From: Patescibacteria group bacterium
Lineage (GTDB): Bacteria > Patescibacteriota > Minisyncoccia > Phycocordibacterales > UBA918
DNA length: 64,000 bases
Direction: 5' to 3'
Assembly (NCBI GenBank): GCA_019750255.1
Contig: JAIEOU010000006.1
Location: forward strand, 52,142-116,141
Shown: positions 38,313-47,629 of the stretch, in pieces
Position numbering within the stretch: position 1 is the first letter of the stretch
How the letters are laid out: each line of letters starts with the position of its first letter
Made by a program: the position numbers and the translations under genes
Notes under the pieces: generated by a model
Seen by the model: only the letters and a program-made list of their open reading frames with translations
Told to the model about the DNA's origin: nothing
Database searches by the model: none

Positions 38313-39659
38313 TTAAGAGCTTAATTTATTCAAACTTACCCCAACTCCCGTCCGAGTCCACGTTCCCCATGTGGCCTCTCTTCGCCGAACAATATCACCG
38401 AGTGAGCCAATGAGTGCACGGTACTCAACATACGTGCTGATATGGAATAATATCCAACTTATTGGCGCAATCGCGAAAAACGAAACTTTGCGCAAGGTAC
38501 GATCATCATACAACGCATGCACGAAGAATGGCAGGCTTTCCAATATAATCCAGGTAATAAATGGAGTGTAGTCCTGCGTCAGTGTACAGTAAATGTAGAG
38601 CAACAAGATAATCCAAGGCTCAACAAACAATAGTGCACTGGTAAAGTAATTAAGAGGAATCGCAAACCAACACAGAATCTTGTTGTGCTGCTTCTTTCGG
38701 CTAAAAATCATGTTGGTGTGGTTCGCAAACGTCATCAGCCAGCCATATTTCCAACGAATGCGCTGCTTTACTAGACCCTTTAAAGTATTTGCACCCTCGG
38801 TGTAGACCACAGCGTCATCGGCATATACAATATTCATCCCTTCCGACTGTATCTTCACAGACAGGTCAATATCCTCAGTAATGGTAGAAACATCATAGCC
38901 ACCAAATTTTTCAAACACTTCACGACGGAAGGCGCCCGCAGCCCCACCGATAATATAAATAATTCCCATCACTGACTCGGCTTTTTTCCAATAGAATGTA
39001 AATTGGAACTCAAGCTTCTGAAGCATGGTAACGGGATTATCAGGATTCCCTACTTTTACGTTACCAACCGCTGCCATCACGGTCGGATTGTCAAAACGAC
39101 GAACAAAATTTCGTACAGTATTCTTCTCGAGCAGACAGTCAGCATCAATAGACATAATAATGTCACCCGTTGCTCGCTCGAGTGCGTAATTGAGAGCCCG
39201 GCCCTTTCCGCCATTCTCTTTATAAAAATATAATAACTTTTTCCCTCGCGGTAGTTTTACCGATGCGACATAATCACGCATCATCGTATCTGAATTATCT
39301 TTTGATCCGTCATTAACAACAATGAGCTCAATATGAGGGTAATCATTCATCAGTACACTCTTTACGGTTGAAAGCAGACCAACCTCCTCGTTATAGGCAG
39401 GAATCAGGATGGATACCGTATGAGGCTTGGCCGCGTATGTACGGTTGTCTAAATACTTCCACACGTCATACCATGGACCAACGACCATAAATGCAAATCC
39501 CTTAACGTATTTCGTGATGAGGGTTGAAGCAAAAACCGCAATAATTAAAGCTATGAATTTAAGACCCTCATCAACTTCGGGAGATGCCAAAAACATACTA
39601 GTCACGATAAAAATCGTTAGCCCGTACATCGCTCCGTAAATAATGAGGTTTTTTAGCAT
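38313..39659 (-). CDS. Processive GT2 glycosyltransferase (PgaC/IcaA-like), paralogue 2
   Basis: IPAYNEE, NDGSKD, GKGRALN, DAD, TED, QRIRW; start 39659 or 39692 (track start 39728 falls inside the promoter). Confidence 0.92.
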   Translation of the reverse strand: MLKNLIIYGAMYGLTIFIVTSMFLASPEVDEGLKFIALIIAVFASTLITKYVKGFAFMVVGPWYDVWKYLDNRTYAAKPHTVSILIPAYNEEVGLLSTVKSVLMNDYPHIELIVVNDGSKDNSDTMMRDYVASVKLPRGKKLLYFYKENGGKGRALNYALERATGDIIMSIDADCLLEKNTVRNFVRRFDNPTVMAAVGNVKVGNPDNPVTMLQKLEFQFTFYWKKAESVMGIIYIIGGAAGAFRREVFEKFGGYDVSTITEDIDLSVKIQSEGMNIVYADDAVVYTEGANTLKGLVKQRIRWKYGWLMTFANHTNMIFSRKKQHNKILCWFAIPLNYFTSALLFVEPWIILLLYIYCTLTQDYTPFITWIILESLPFFVHALYDDRTLRKVSFFAIAPISWILFHISTYVEYRALIGSLGDIVRRREATWGTWTRTGVGVSLNKLSS

Positions 39660-39718
39660 AACTCCACCGGTTTTTTTGAGAAATACCGACATCAAGCGCC
39701 CTGTATCGAATGTGGCGA

Positions 39719-39747
39719 AATATAACATTTTTATACATGATTGTCAA
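39719..39747 (-). promoter_or_regulatory. Sigma70-type promoter
   Basis: TTGACA-17 nt-TATATT with extended -10 TG. Confidence 0.75.
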
Positions 39748-39789
39748 ATAATAAACACCACACTTCTCAGGGTGTGGTGTTTATTATTT
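39746..39789. terminator. Long stem-loop terminator after 39803 gene
   Basis: aaataataaacaccacac...gtgtggtgtttattattt. Confidence 0.8.
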
Positions 39790-39802
39790 GTGGTCTTAAC
39801 TA

Positions 39803-41296
39803 TTACTTCTTCACCGTTACCCGGCGTGAAGCCACATAGAGGAACGAAAGTATTGTCTGCCCACCAAAGGTTGCAGCACCGCCAGCACCAGTATCAGGAG
39901 CGCCGTAAGGCACGGCCGTTACCTGCTCACCGAGCACCTGACCTTCTGGAGCCTCATGGAGGTTAGTGTTGTCACGGTTTGAGCGACGTCCACCACCGCC
40001 ACCGCCGCCAGTCCGAACATCATTAAGATCGAAGTGTGCGGTGAGGCTGTAATCCTGTGTCATGGTCACGGTACATGGTGTGGTGTTGCCAGTACAGGTA
40101 CCGCCGCCAACAGTCCAGCTGTTATCAAAGTTTGATCCCTCAGCCGGAGTGACCGTTAGTGTCACCACCGTACCGCTCGCATAGGTGTGTGAGCAGTCGT
40201 TAGCTTCACCGCCGTTAGTTGAACAGATGATACCCTCAAGCTCGCCATCAGTCACACCACCAAACCCTTCGCCGGTCAGGGCAAGACTCAAGGTGAAGAC
40301 ATCGTCTTCTGAATCATCATCGTCATCATCACGACCTGCACAATTGACCGATACCGCGTCGATTAAGGTACCAAAGGTATCCTGCGTACCCGCGTCTTCA
40401 AATGAGACCACTGCCTCACTGTCGGTAGCAACAAACGTATAGGTGTACGGAGTCCAGTTGGTATCTGAAAGCTCAGAACCGTCAGCACTGTGAGTACCCT
40501 TCACCACACCATCAACCTTTGCCACCAGCACGTTTGAGTCAGCATCGTAGCCCGGCTTTGGAGAAAACTGGTATGACACGGTGTACGTGTAACCAGGAAT
40601 GGTTGGAATCGTCTGGAGGATACGGACACCGGCCTGTTCGCCGTTATATTCACCACCTGGCGCTGGATTGTAGTTTGAGTCGAGCTCGGCGTACTGGTCA
40701 CCGTCGGCTGGGGTAAAGTAGCCACCCTGGAGCTCAAGGACCGGAGTCTTTGGCGCACCGTCACTTGGGAAGAGCCACTCCACAATCCAGGCAAGACCAT
40801 TCAGCTCAGATGGAAATACATCCCAACCAAAACCGTCCTCATCAAGCACCGGGACTTCAAAGCTGCCATTTTCAATCAAATTTGCCTCTACGTTACATTC
40901 TAAAACCGCTTCCGTTACGGGCACTTCTTCCTCCTGTGGCGGTACCTCGGTTTCCATCTCAGGGTCGGTAGAAGAAGGCGCTTCCACAAGTAATTCATCG
41001 CTTAGTGGCTGATCCTCTTGCGGAGGAACGCCGGTTTCAGTCTCCGGGTCGGTAGTTGAAGCTTCGCCCTCAATCACTTCATCTTCGATATCGAACACGA
41101 ACGCAACCGGATCTGGTGACTCACCCGGCTCAGTTGGGCTTGGGTTTCCATCAATGAGTAACGGAGTTGGGTCAACCACGTCCTCTGCCGCGGCCACAAA
41201 GACAGACGCTGGCAGCACACTTAAGGTAAGGGCGAACATAGTAATAAACGCCACTGTGCGGACTCCAACAACCGTCGGGGTGATAAACGAGTTCAT
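39803..41296 (-). CDS. Acidic surface protein (DUF642/CBM-like + B-repeat-like domain) with C-terminal APDTG sorting-like signal
   Basis: Signal peptide; NLIENGSFE...YAELDS...TLIDAVSV; CSHTYASGTVVTLTVTP...CTVTMT; C-terminus VPYGAPDTGAGG-hydrophobic-RRVTVKK. Confidence 0.75.
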   Translation of the reverse strand: MNSFITPTVVGVRTVAFITMFALTLSVLPASVFVAAAEDVVDPTPLLIDGNPSPTEPGESPDPVAFVFDIEDEVIEGEASTTDPETETGVPPQEDQPLSDELLVEAPSSTDPEMETEVPPQEEEVPVTEAVLECNVEANLIENGSFEVPVLDEDGFGWDVFPSELNGLAWIVEWLFPSDGAPKTPVLELQGGYFTPADGDQYAELDSNYNPAPGGEYNGEQAGVRILQTIPTIPGYTYTVSYQFSPKPGYDADSNVLVAKVDGVVKGTHSADGSELSDTNWTPYTYTFVATDSEAVVSFEDAGTQDTFGTLIDAVSVNCAGRDDDDDDSEDDVFTLSLALTGEGFGGVTDGELEGIICSTNGGEANDCSHTYASGTVVTLTVTPAEGSNFDNSWTVGGGTCTGNTTPCTVTMTQDYSLTAHFDLNDVRTGGGGGGGRRSNRDNTNLHEAPEGQVLGEQVTAVPYGAPDTGAGGAATFGGQTILSFLYVASRRVTVKK

Positions 41297-41657
41297 ACAA
41301 GAATATTATGGTAAATAAGGCAAAATTTCACGCCACACGACAGAGTTGCTCGTGTTATGCGCTATAGTACCTTTGTCATGTCAAATTTGCAAGATAGACC
41401 ACATTTTAAGTGAAATATCAAATCTTAATGGTTCTCCTGCCCTGCCAATAGAGGTAAGTCGATCTTAATAGGTGACAGTACCAGCCCTTCCGCGTGCGCT
41501 TCGCGTAGCGGCCCACAAACTCTGGCCCGTCCCGTACTGTATTCAGAATCTGCCTCCTCTGCACGACCCAAGGCTTTGGTCGGATGTTTTTACAGAAAAC
41601 GCACTTATTAAATGTATACTAGAATCTCTCCCCCACTCCCCTCAAATGTTTTAAATC

Positions 41658-42101
41658 ATGAAAGACCGACTGCTCTCATATTATAAGAACGACTTTTTGC
41701 GCCATAACGTCATCTTTTTTATTGGTTCTATGACGGTGGCGGTACTCAACTATGTCTACCACCCCATCGTCAGCCGCCTCCTTTCAGTTGAGGAATTTGG
41801 TGAACTGCAAGCCTACTTCTCTCTCATTGTACAAATTGGGGTTATTTCCGGCGTGTTTGGGCGCATCATCCTTAACATAAAGACCAATATCTCCGATACC
41901 GATGACGGTCAAATCGTTGTTAGTCACCTGTATTCCCTGTCTACCATTGTGACAGCTCTCATTGCCGCCACTCTCATAATCTTTTCTCCATACATCGGTG
42001 CCTTCTTTAACCTGCCCGGCACCATTGGCCTCCTCCTTACCGGCGCAATCCTCATCATCTCCATTCCCCTTACTTTTGCCAAGTTTGAACTTCAAGCGAT
42101 G
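41658..42101 (+). pseudogene. 5' fragment (~148 codons) of Wzx-like oligosaccharide flippase, truncated by repeat
   Basis: NVIFFIGS...LNYVYH..VSRLLSVEEFG; hydrophobic pattern ends where the 114-bp repeat begins; no 3' remainder seen in window. Confidence 0.75.
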
Positions 42102-42329
42102 TTTCTCCGGAGACCGGGACTCCGGGATTTTGAAGTCGACGCCTGCCACATCCTCATCTGAACCGCGGCCTCGGCCGCAACCCTGCCGTCAGGAGATCCC
42201 TCCTGACGGCAGTTTTTTCTCCGGAGACCGGGACTCCGGGATTTTGAAGTCGACGCCTGCCACATCCTCATCTGAACCGCGGCCTCGGCCGCAACCCTGC
42301 CGTCAGGAGATCCCTCCTGACGGCAGTTT
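42102..42329 (+). repeat. Perfect tandem duplication, 2 x 114 bp, multi-hairpin unit
   Basis: Units 42102-42215 and 42216-42329; each has tttctccggagaccgggactccggg, gcggcc/ggccgc and 13-bp ctgccgtcaggag/ctcctgacggcag + T-run. Confidence 0.95.
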
Positions 42330-42368
42330 AACTTATCAAGATCCAATAAACGCTGTACTATACGGCGT

Positions 42369-43355
42369 ATGAAATCAATCTTCCCAGACAAGCTCAAGAA
42401 GGGTGACAAGATAATGGTGGTCGCACCATCTGACTCATTAGCGCTTATCGATGAAAAGGTACAAAACGTTGCAAAGAGCCGTTTTGAACAACTTAGCCTG
42501 GAACTATCCTTTGCCAACAACGTGTCTGAGTTAAATGTTTTTGACTCTTCAAGCATCGAGTCTAGAGTTAATGATATCCACCAAGCATTTCTTGATTCGA
42601 GCGTGAGAGGTATATTCACTGCCTACGGTGGATATAATGCTAACCAACTCCTGCGCTACCTTGACTGGGATCTCATTAAGAATAACCCGAAAGTATTCAT
42701 CGGTTTTTCTGATACAACGGTACTGCAAAATGCTATTTTTGCAAAAACTGGTTTAGTGACCTACTCCGGTCCATCATATGCACGTTTTGGACAAGAACTA
42801 TTTTTTGATTACACATTAGAGTATTTTAAGAAGTGCTTACTCAATAGTGAAACTTTTCGAATTTTTCCTAGCGAATTATGGAGTGATGATTGGTGGCTAC
42901 AGGAACAGGACCAGCGAATACAAACTATAAATACCGGTTGGCACACCATTAACGTTGGAAAGACTACCGGCATAATGCTTGGGGGTAATCTCTCAACACT
43001 TAACCTCCTCCAGGGAACAGAGTATTTCCCTAACATCGCTGAAAGTATTCTCTTCTTAGAAGACGACTCAGAATCTAGCCTGGCTCACTTTGATCGTGAT
43101 TTACAGTCCCTCATACATCTCCCCAACTTCGATAGAGTGCGCGGTCTGATGATTGGGCGGTTCCAGAAATCAAGTAAGGTCACCCTGGAAAATCTAACGA
43201 CGATGATTCAATCCAAGAAGGAATTACAACACATACCGGTAGTGGCAAATATAGACTTTGGACATACCGACCCGATCCTTACACTTCCTATTGGTGGAGA
43301 AGTCGAGATGACTCTCTCCGACCGCGAGTCAATTATAACGGTTCTACAACACTAG
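42369..43355 (+). CDS. S66 peptidase (LD-carboxypeptidase/MccF family)
   Basis: VVAPS, GGYNANQLL, FIGFSDTT, GGNLSTL, LFLED, DFGHTDP. Confidence 0.93.
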   Translation: MKSIFPDKLKKGDKIMVVAPSDSLALIDEKVQNVAKSRFEQLSLELSFANNVSELNVFDSSSIESRVNDIHQAFLDSSVRGIFTAYGGYNANQLLRYLDWDLIKNNPKVFIGFSDTTVLQNAIFAKTGLVTYSGPSYARFGQELFFDYTLEYFKKCLLNSETFRIFPSELWSDDWWLQEQDQRIQTINTGWHTINVGKTTGIMLGGNLSTLNLLQGTEYFPNIAESILFLEDDSESSLAHFDRDLQSLIHLPNFDRVRGLMIGRFQKSSKVTLENLTTMIQSKKELQHIPVVANIDFGHTDPILTLPIGGEVEMTLSDRESIITVLQH

Positions 43356-43365
43356 AAATTTCTAG

Positions 43366-43401
43366 TTTCTCCGGAGCTAAATTACTTCAGAGACCGGGAC
43401 T
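43366..43401 (+). repeat. Split copy of boundary motif (TTTCTCCGGAG ... GAGACCGGGACT)
   Basis: tttctccggag at 43366 and gagaccgggact at 43390, 10 nt after the S66 stop. Confidence 0.8.
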
Positions 43402-43505
43402 GCGGAGTTGGTCCAGTGGAGTTGTGGTACCACTATATACTATGCATGATTACGAACGAGTAGCGCTCGTAGCGCAAACAGTACCTTAGGCCGTTCGTGA
43501 ATTAC

Positions 43506-44150
43506 CTACGGCTGGCAGGTTGTAGTTGGTAGACCACTAGAGTTTAAGGCATACCAATAACTTGTAGTCTGACTACAGCTCCCGGCAAAGGGATCTCGGC
43601 GCGCACTGCCAGAAAATCCGTTTGGTCTGATTTCAAAGTGTAGATGCGGACCAGATGACTGGCCCGATGAGCCACTATTACCAATCCGAGCACCACACAG
43701 AACGGATGACAAACCAACCACAGTACCTAACTTCATATGGGCGTATACAGCCATTTCTCCACCGGCACCGTCGTATGGTGATTGGTGGTCAATACGTACA
43801 TGGTTACCATACCGTCCTCCACAGGTGCTACTCAAAGACCCATACGTAGGACAAGAATCAACGCGATAGTACAAACCACCTTTTGCAGCGGCAAATACAG
43901 TTGTTCCTTCACTAACCGAAAAATCGGTACCTTGGTGGTTTTCATAGACTTTTGTGGTACTGCACGAATACCTTTTTGCGACCGTTGTGCTTACATCATC
44001 GTCCTTGAAATACGTAATATTTGGGGTCCCACTTATGGGGCTTCGGTATTTTATTTGGGCGGACATTACCTTAGGCATAGCTGAAATAACTACAACAAAC
44101 AACGTCATGACGAGGATACTCTTTACCGGAATAGTTATCATATATCCCAT
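43506..44150 (-). CDS. Secreted M23 metallopeptidase, Cys-rich
   Basis: HQGTD, YGNHVRIDH, YAHM, GPHLHFE, DP; start ATG 44150 or 44141. Confidence 0.92.
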   Translation of the reverse strand: MGYMITIPVKSILVMTLFVVVISAMPKVMSAQIKYRSPISGTPNITYFKDDDVSTTVAKRYSCSTTKVYENHQGTDFSVSEGTTVFAAAKGGLYYRVDSCPTYGSLSSTCGGRYGNHVRIDHQSPYDGAGGEMAVYAHMKLGTVVGLSSVLCGARIGNSGSSGQSSGPHLHFEIRPNGFSGSARRDPFAGSCSQTTSYWYALNSSGLPTTTCQP

Positions 44151-44154
44151 AAGG

Positions 44155-45192
44155 CTACTTGATAATATTTCCTTCCAGATCAAGCGTAATAATGGAGGAA
44201 TCCTTGGCCTTACCACGAGCTGAGACCACGAGGATCTGCGTTCCATCCTGAGACCAGGTTGGCATCACACCAAACCCGATCACCTTTGCAGAGACAAGTC
44301 GACGATTAGCAAAATCGACTTCATGGACCCAAATTCGACGGTCTGATTCGTACACGAAGTGTCGTCCGGTAGTTGACCATACTGGTAACTCGGAAGGACT
44401 ATCGATGGTTTCACTCGACACAAACTCTTGGCCAAGGTTAGTGAGCTGCGTGCGGTTATTACCATCTGCATCAACCATATAGAGCGAGATTAGCCCTGCC
44501 GGATTAGTGCTATAAAAAAATATATAGTTACCATCCGAGGACCAAAAAGGCGCATAATCTTCAGTTTCATTAGTGAGCTGAATTTCTTTACCTGTCCCAA
44601 CCTCAACTATCGACAAACCCGGTGACCCGTCGAGGTAATCGCCCACTTGCCAGGTTTCGGCTAATTTCTTATACACGACTTTTGACCCATCAAAACTAAT
44701 ATCAGGGTTTAACGCTTTACTAGCCACCAGGTTACTTTGGCGTGTAGCCAAATCGTAAATACTAACTTCTGCCTTCTTATTTACATACACAACCTTTTCT
44801 CTACCCGACTTATCGTACGCTGCCCATTCAACATTTTCCGCAAGCTGCTCTTGCATACCCGTACCACCGTCGATGACAACTAGATTAACCGTCTCTACTT
44901 GTTCAGAACTTGGGAGTGCGTCTTTAGTTTTCTTACCTGCAAGCAGTCTTCCATTTTGCTCACCGTATAAAAAAAGAACGTCACCGCCCGTGGTGACTCT
45001 CCTTGAGTTGTCTACTGTCGAATAATAAATGTCATTGTTTTCGAGCCTAAACTTTCCCGCCTCTACGAGTGAAGGACTGGTTATTCCCCACCGCAATATT
45101 CCAAGCCCTCCCAAAACGATAAGTCCTGTTATGGACAGAACAACTGCGTGCTTACGCATGACAAAATTATATTTTTTATTAAGTAAACTCAT
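44155..45192 (-). CDS. TolB-like (PD40 repeat) beta-propeller protein with N-terminal TM
   Basis: PDISFDGSKVVY, PFWSSDGNYIFF, PVWSTTG, PTWSQDGTQI. Confidence 0.85.
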   Translation of the reverse strand: MSLLNKKYNFVMRKHAVVLSITGLIVLGGLGILRWGITSPSLVEAGKFRLENNDIYYSTVDNSRRVTTGGDVLFLYGEQNGRLLAGKKTKDALPSSEQVETVNLVVIDGGTGMQEQLAENVEWAAYDKSGREKVVYVNKKAEVSIYDLATRQSNLVASKALNPDISFDGSKVVYKKLAETWQVGDYLDGSPGLSIVEVGTGKEIQLTNETEDYAPFWSSDGNYIFFYSTNPAGLISLYMVDADGNNRTQLTNLGQEFVSSETIDSPSELPVWSTTGRHFVYESDRRIWVHEVDFANRRLVSAKVIGFGVMPTWSQDGTQILVVSARGKAKDSSIITLDLEGNIIK

Positions 45193-45255
45193 AGTACTCC
45201 CGGCGATTGCGTTGTCAACAAAGCAGCAGATTAGTACGAAGTGTCAATTTATCCC

Positions 45256-45329
45256 GAGACCGGGACTAGGGAGAGGCGAGGAAATGGAGATACGTCCGTT
45301 ATTTTTCTCCGGAGGTCCGGCCTCCCGGA
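45256..45329 (+). repeat. Boundary motif copies (GAGACCGGGACT; TTTCTCCGGAG-led hairpin)
   Basis: gagaccgggact 45256-45267; tttctccggaggtccggcctcccgga 45304-45329. Confidence 0.75.
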
Positions 45330-45455
45330 TCAGCAATTGCTAGCCGTCTGGGACAGTGTTCGAACTTTATAGATCACCGTAGGGAAACAACCTGCGCATT
45401 ACAACGATTGTTTTATAAAGACTTCGAGTGAATGAGCAAGGCTACGCGCTGATCT

Positions 45456-46433
45456 TTAATCCCGCAAACGCTTTACCGCTGCGATATCGCCACACTGTGA
45501 TTCGGTTTGTGACTGATCTACTGACTCGGGTATCGCTGACGTCGCGAGGGTCATCGTCTCGTCGCTGCCACTCGCACTGCGAACCCCCTCTTTAGCGGCT
45601 TGGTAGGTTTCGCGGGCGCGCTCGAGCATGCGGTCGCGGTGTTCGTGGAGGCGCAGGATGGCGTCTTCACGGTCGTGTTTAAAATCGGCCATGGTCATCA
45701 TCTTGCTATAGAGCCACGGGAACACCCCACAGGCGTGGAAAGACGAGTCTTCCCCACTCGGCTGGCTACCGAGGATGCGGACCTGCTTCCCCTCTCGTAG
45801 GAGCGCTACGTCTTTAGGGAAAAGCTCGGAAATATTCACCTCCCACTGTGTACCCTCGGCGTCGACCACGATCGCGGTCGTGCCACTTGCGGTTTCTTCG
45901 CGCAGGGTGGCGAGGAGTCGCCCATCGTGTGGGTTTTGCCAAAAACGCTTCTCTTGCATGGCTTGCGAGACGTACATACCGGGCAGGTATTTGCCAAGGG
46001 CGTCATCAAACACAAAACTCATACCGAGGTAGTGGAAAAACAGTCCACCTACGAAGCTCGAGAGTACTGTAGCGCCGGCGATCGTGAGGAAAGAGTAGCG
46101 GTAGCCGCGCTTGGTATTACGGAAGTGGTAGAGCGCAAGGATTGCCGCCGCAGCGAAGACGAGGAGCCACAGGTACGGCAGGACATCGAGCATAAGCGCC
46201 AGGAAGCTGTCGTGCGTCGCCTCGAAAATTGCATACTGCCGATGCATAATGACAAAGAAGGAAATGGCCACCGCCACCGCTGCCACTAGGACGGTAATGA
46301 TCCAGGTCGTCCAGACTAAGAATTCCTTCCCTCGATAAAACCAGCGACCACGCGGGCAGATATTCTCGCACTCGATGCGGGAGAGGACGTCTTTTTTAAG
46401 GCCTGAGGCCGGCGGAGGAGTATCCAATTTCAT
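45456..46433 (-). CDS. Membrane protein, putative anti-sigma factor
   Basis: 3 nt downstream of ECF sigma; short N-terminal segment, ~3 TMs, C-terminal soluble domain. Confidence 0.65.
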   Translation of the reverse strand: MKLDTPPPASGLKKDVLSRIECENICPRGRWFYRGKEFLVWTTWIITVLVAAVAVAISFFVIMHRQYAIFEATHDSFLALMLDVLPYLWLLVFAAAAILALYHFRNTKRGYRYSFLTIAGATVLSSFVGGLFFHYLGMSFVFDDALGKYLPGMYVSQAMQEKRFWQNPHDGRLLATLREETASGTTAIVVDAEGTQWEVNISELFPKDVALLREGKQVRILGSQPSGEDSSFHACGVFPWLYSKMMTMADFKHDREDAILRLHEHRDRMLERARETYQAAKEGVRSASGSDETMTLATSAIPESVDQSQTESQCGDIAAVKRLRD

Positions 46434-46436
46434 ACC

Positions 46437-47027
46437 CTATATACGCACTGCGTCGTGATTTAATACAGTTAATAACTGCTTTTTACCCCGGTGAATCAGG
46501 GTACCCACCGATCCAATTGGAATCTGCAAAATGTCCGAAATTTCGTCGTACTCTTTGTGCTCAAAGAAACGCAGAATGAGTACCTCGCGGTACTTATCAT
46601 CAAGCTTGGCGAGTGCCGCCGTTACCTCTTCAGCATTGAGGCCCAGGTCAAAACGTACCTCCGGCGAGTCCTGAGTGCTTGCGATAAACTCGAGCACTTC
46701 ATCGCCATCACTGACCATATTACCCTCGGGCCGAACGCTGCGACGCCTAAACCACGTCATCGCCTCGTTATGGGCAATGCGGTATATCCACGAGGAAAAC
46801 GAGAGTGAGGTATCGAAACTGTTGAGATTGCGGTACGCCTTAATGAAAGTCTCTTGCAGTACGTCATCCTGGTCATCCGGGACCCGGAGGCCGAGGCGCA
46901 TGATGTACCGGCGCAGCTTGGTCTCGTACCGTTCAATGAGTACACCAAATTGCTCGCGGTCAGCGAGCGTAGCGCGTACGACATCGGTATCAGTACGAGA
47001 ATCAAGATCCGGGGTTAGGAGCTCCAT
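46437..47027 (-). CDS. ECF-family RNA polymerase sigma factor
   Basis: DDVLQETFIKAY...FSSWIYRIAHN; L..KYREVLILRFFE...YDEISDIL.IPIGSV...IHRGK. Confidence 0.95.
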   Translation of the reverse strand: MELLTPDLDSRTDTDVVRATLADREQFGVLIERYETKLRRYIMRLGLRVPDDQDDVLQETFIKAYRNLNSFDTSLSFSSWIYRIAHNEAMTWFRRRSVRPEGNMVSDGDEVLEFIASTQDSPEVRFDLGLNAEEVTAALAKLDDKYREVLILRFFEHKEYDEISDILQIPIGSVGTLIHRGKKQLLTVLNHDAVRI

Positions 47028-47066
47028 AGGTATGACACCCCCAAAGGGCTGTAGTAGAATAGTGGC

Positions 47067-47609
47067 ATGAAAGCATACAAAATAAAAACCCTTATCGGTG
47101 CACTCGCCCTTAGCCTCTGTATTCCCATCGTTCCCGCACAGGCGTATGAGGTAAAGGACGTGCAGGCCACCCGCCTCACAAGCGAGTACAGCCTCTTTAC
47201 CATCACCTACGAATTTGGGTTTTTAAACCGTGAAGTACTCATTCCGCTTGATGCGATGCGCGGTGGCAGTCGCCGCGATAAGAGCGTTGGCTTTGCCCTT
47301 ATGGGCGAAAACGGGACCACCAGCCTGCATACGGCTCTTGGCGTGGTGCTCAGTGACGTTGAACTGCGCGGCCGTGACTATTACCTCCCGAAGGGCAAGA
47401 ATGGTGACTTCACCCTCGTCGCGATTGTGAAGACTGCGGACGTAAGTGCCCTTGGCCTTGCCATCACCCGGCTTCCCTTTGTACTCATTGATGGCCAAGT
47501 AAGCGTTGGGGCTAGTATCGCCGCAGATAACCTCGGACCATACAAAACACCACTCCTCCCTGCCCTCACCGCTTCTTCACCCGCTCCCTACACACCGGTA
47601 GGCAAGTAA
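47067..47609 (+). CDS. Secreted hypothetical protein
   Basis: Signal peptide ending AQA; divergent from ECF sigma. Confidence 0.75.
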   Translation: MKAYKIKTLIGALALSLCIPIVPAQAYEVKDVQATRLTSEYSLFTITYEFGFLNREVLIPLDAMRGGSRRDKSVGFALMGENGTTSLHTALGVVLSDVELRGRDYYLPKGKNGDFTLVAIVKTADVSALGLAITRLPFVLIDGQVSVGASIAADNLGPYKTPLLPALTASSPAPYTPVGK

Positions 47610-47629
47610 TTAAAAAAAATACACAGACC

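Noticed and set aside
42102-42329. CRISPR array
   Set aside because: Two identical 114-bp units with no unique spacers and no cas genes
42092-42619. 175-aa minus-strand ORF and 124-aa plus-strand ORF with internal repeats
   Set aside because: Products of the 114-bp (multiple of 3) tandem repeat and of overlap with real genes
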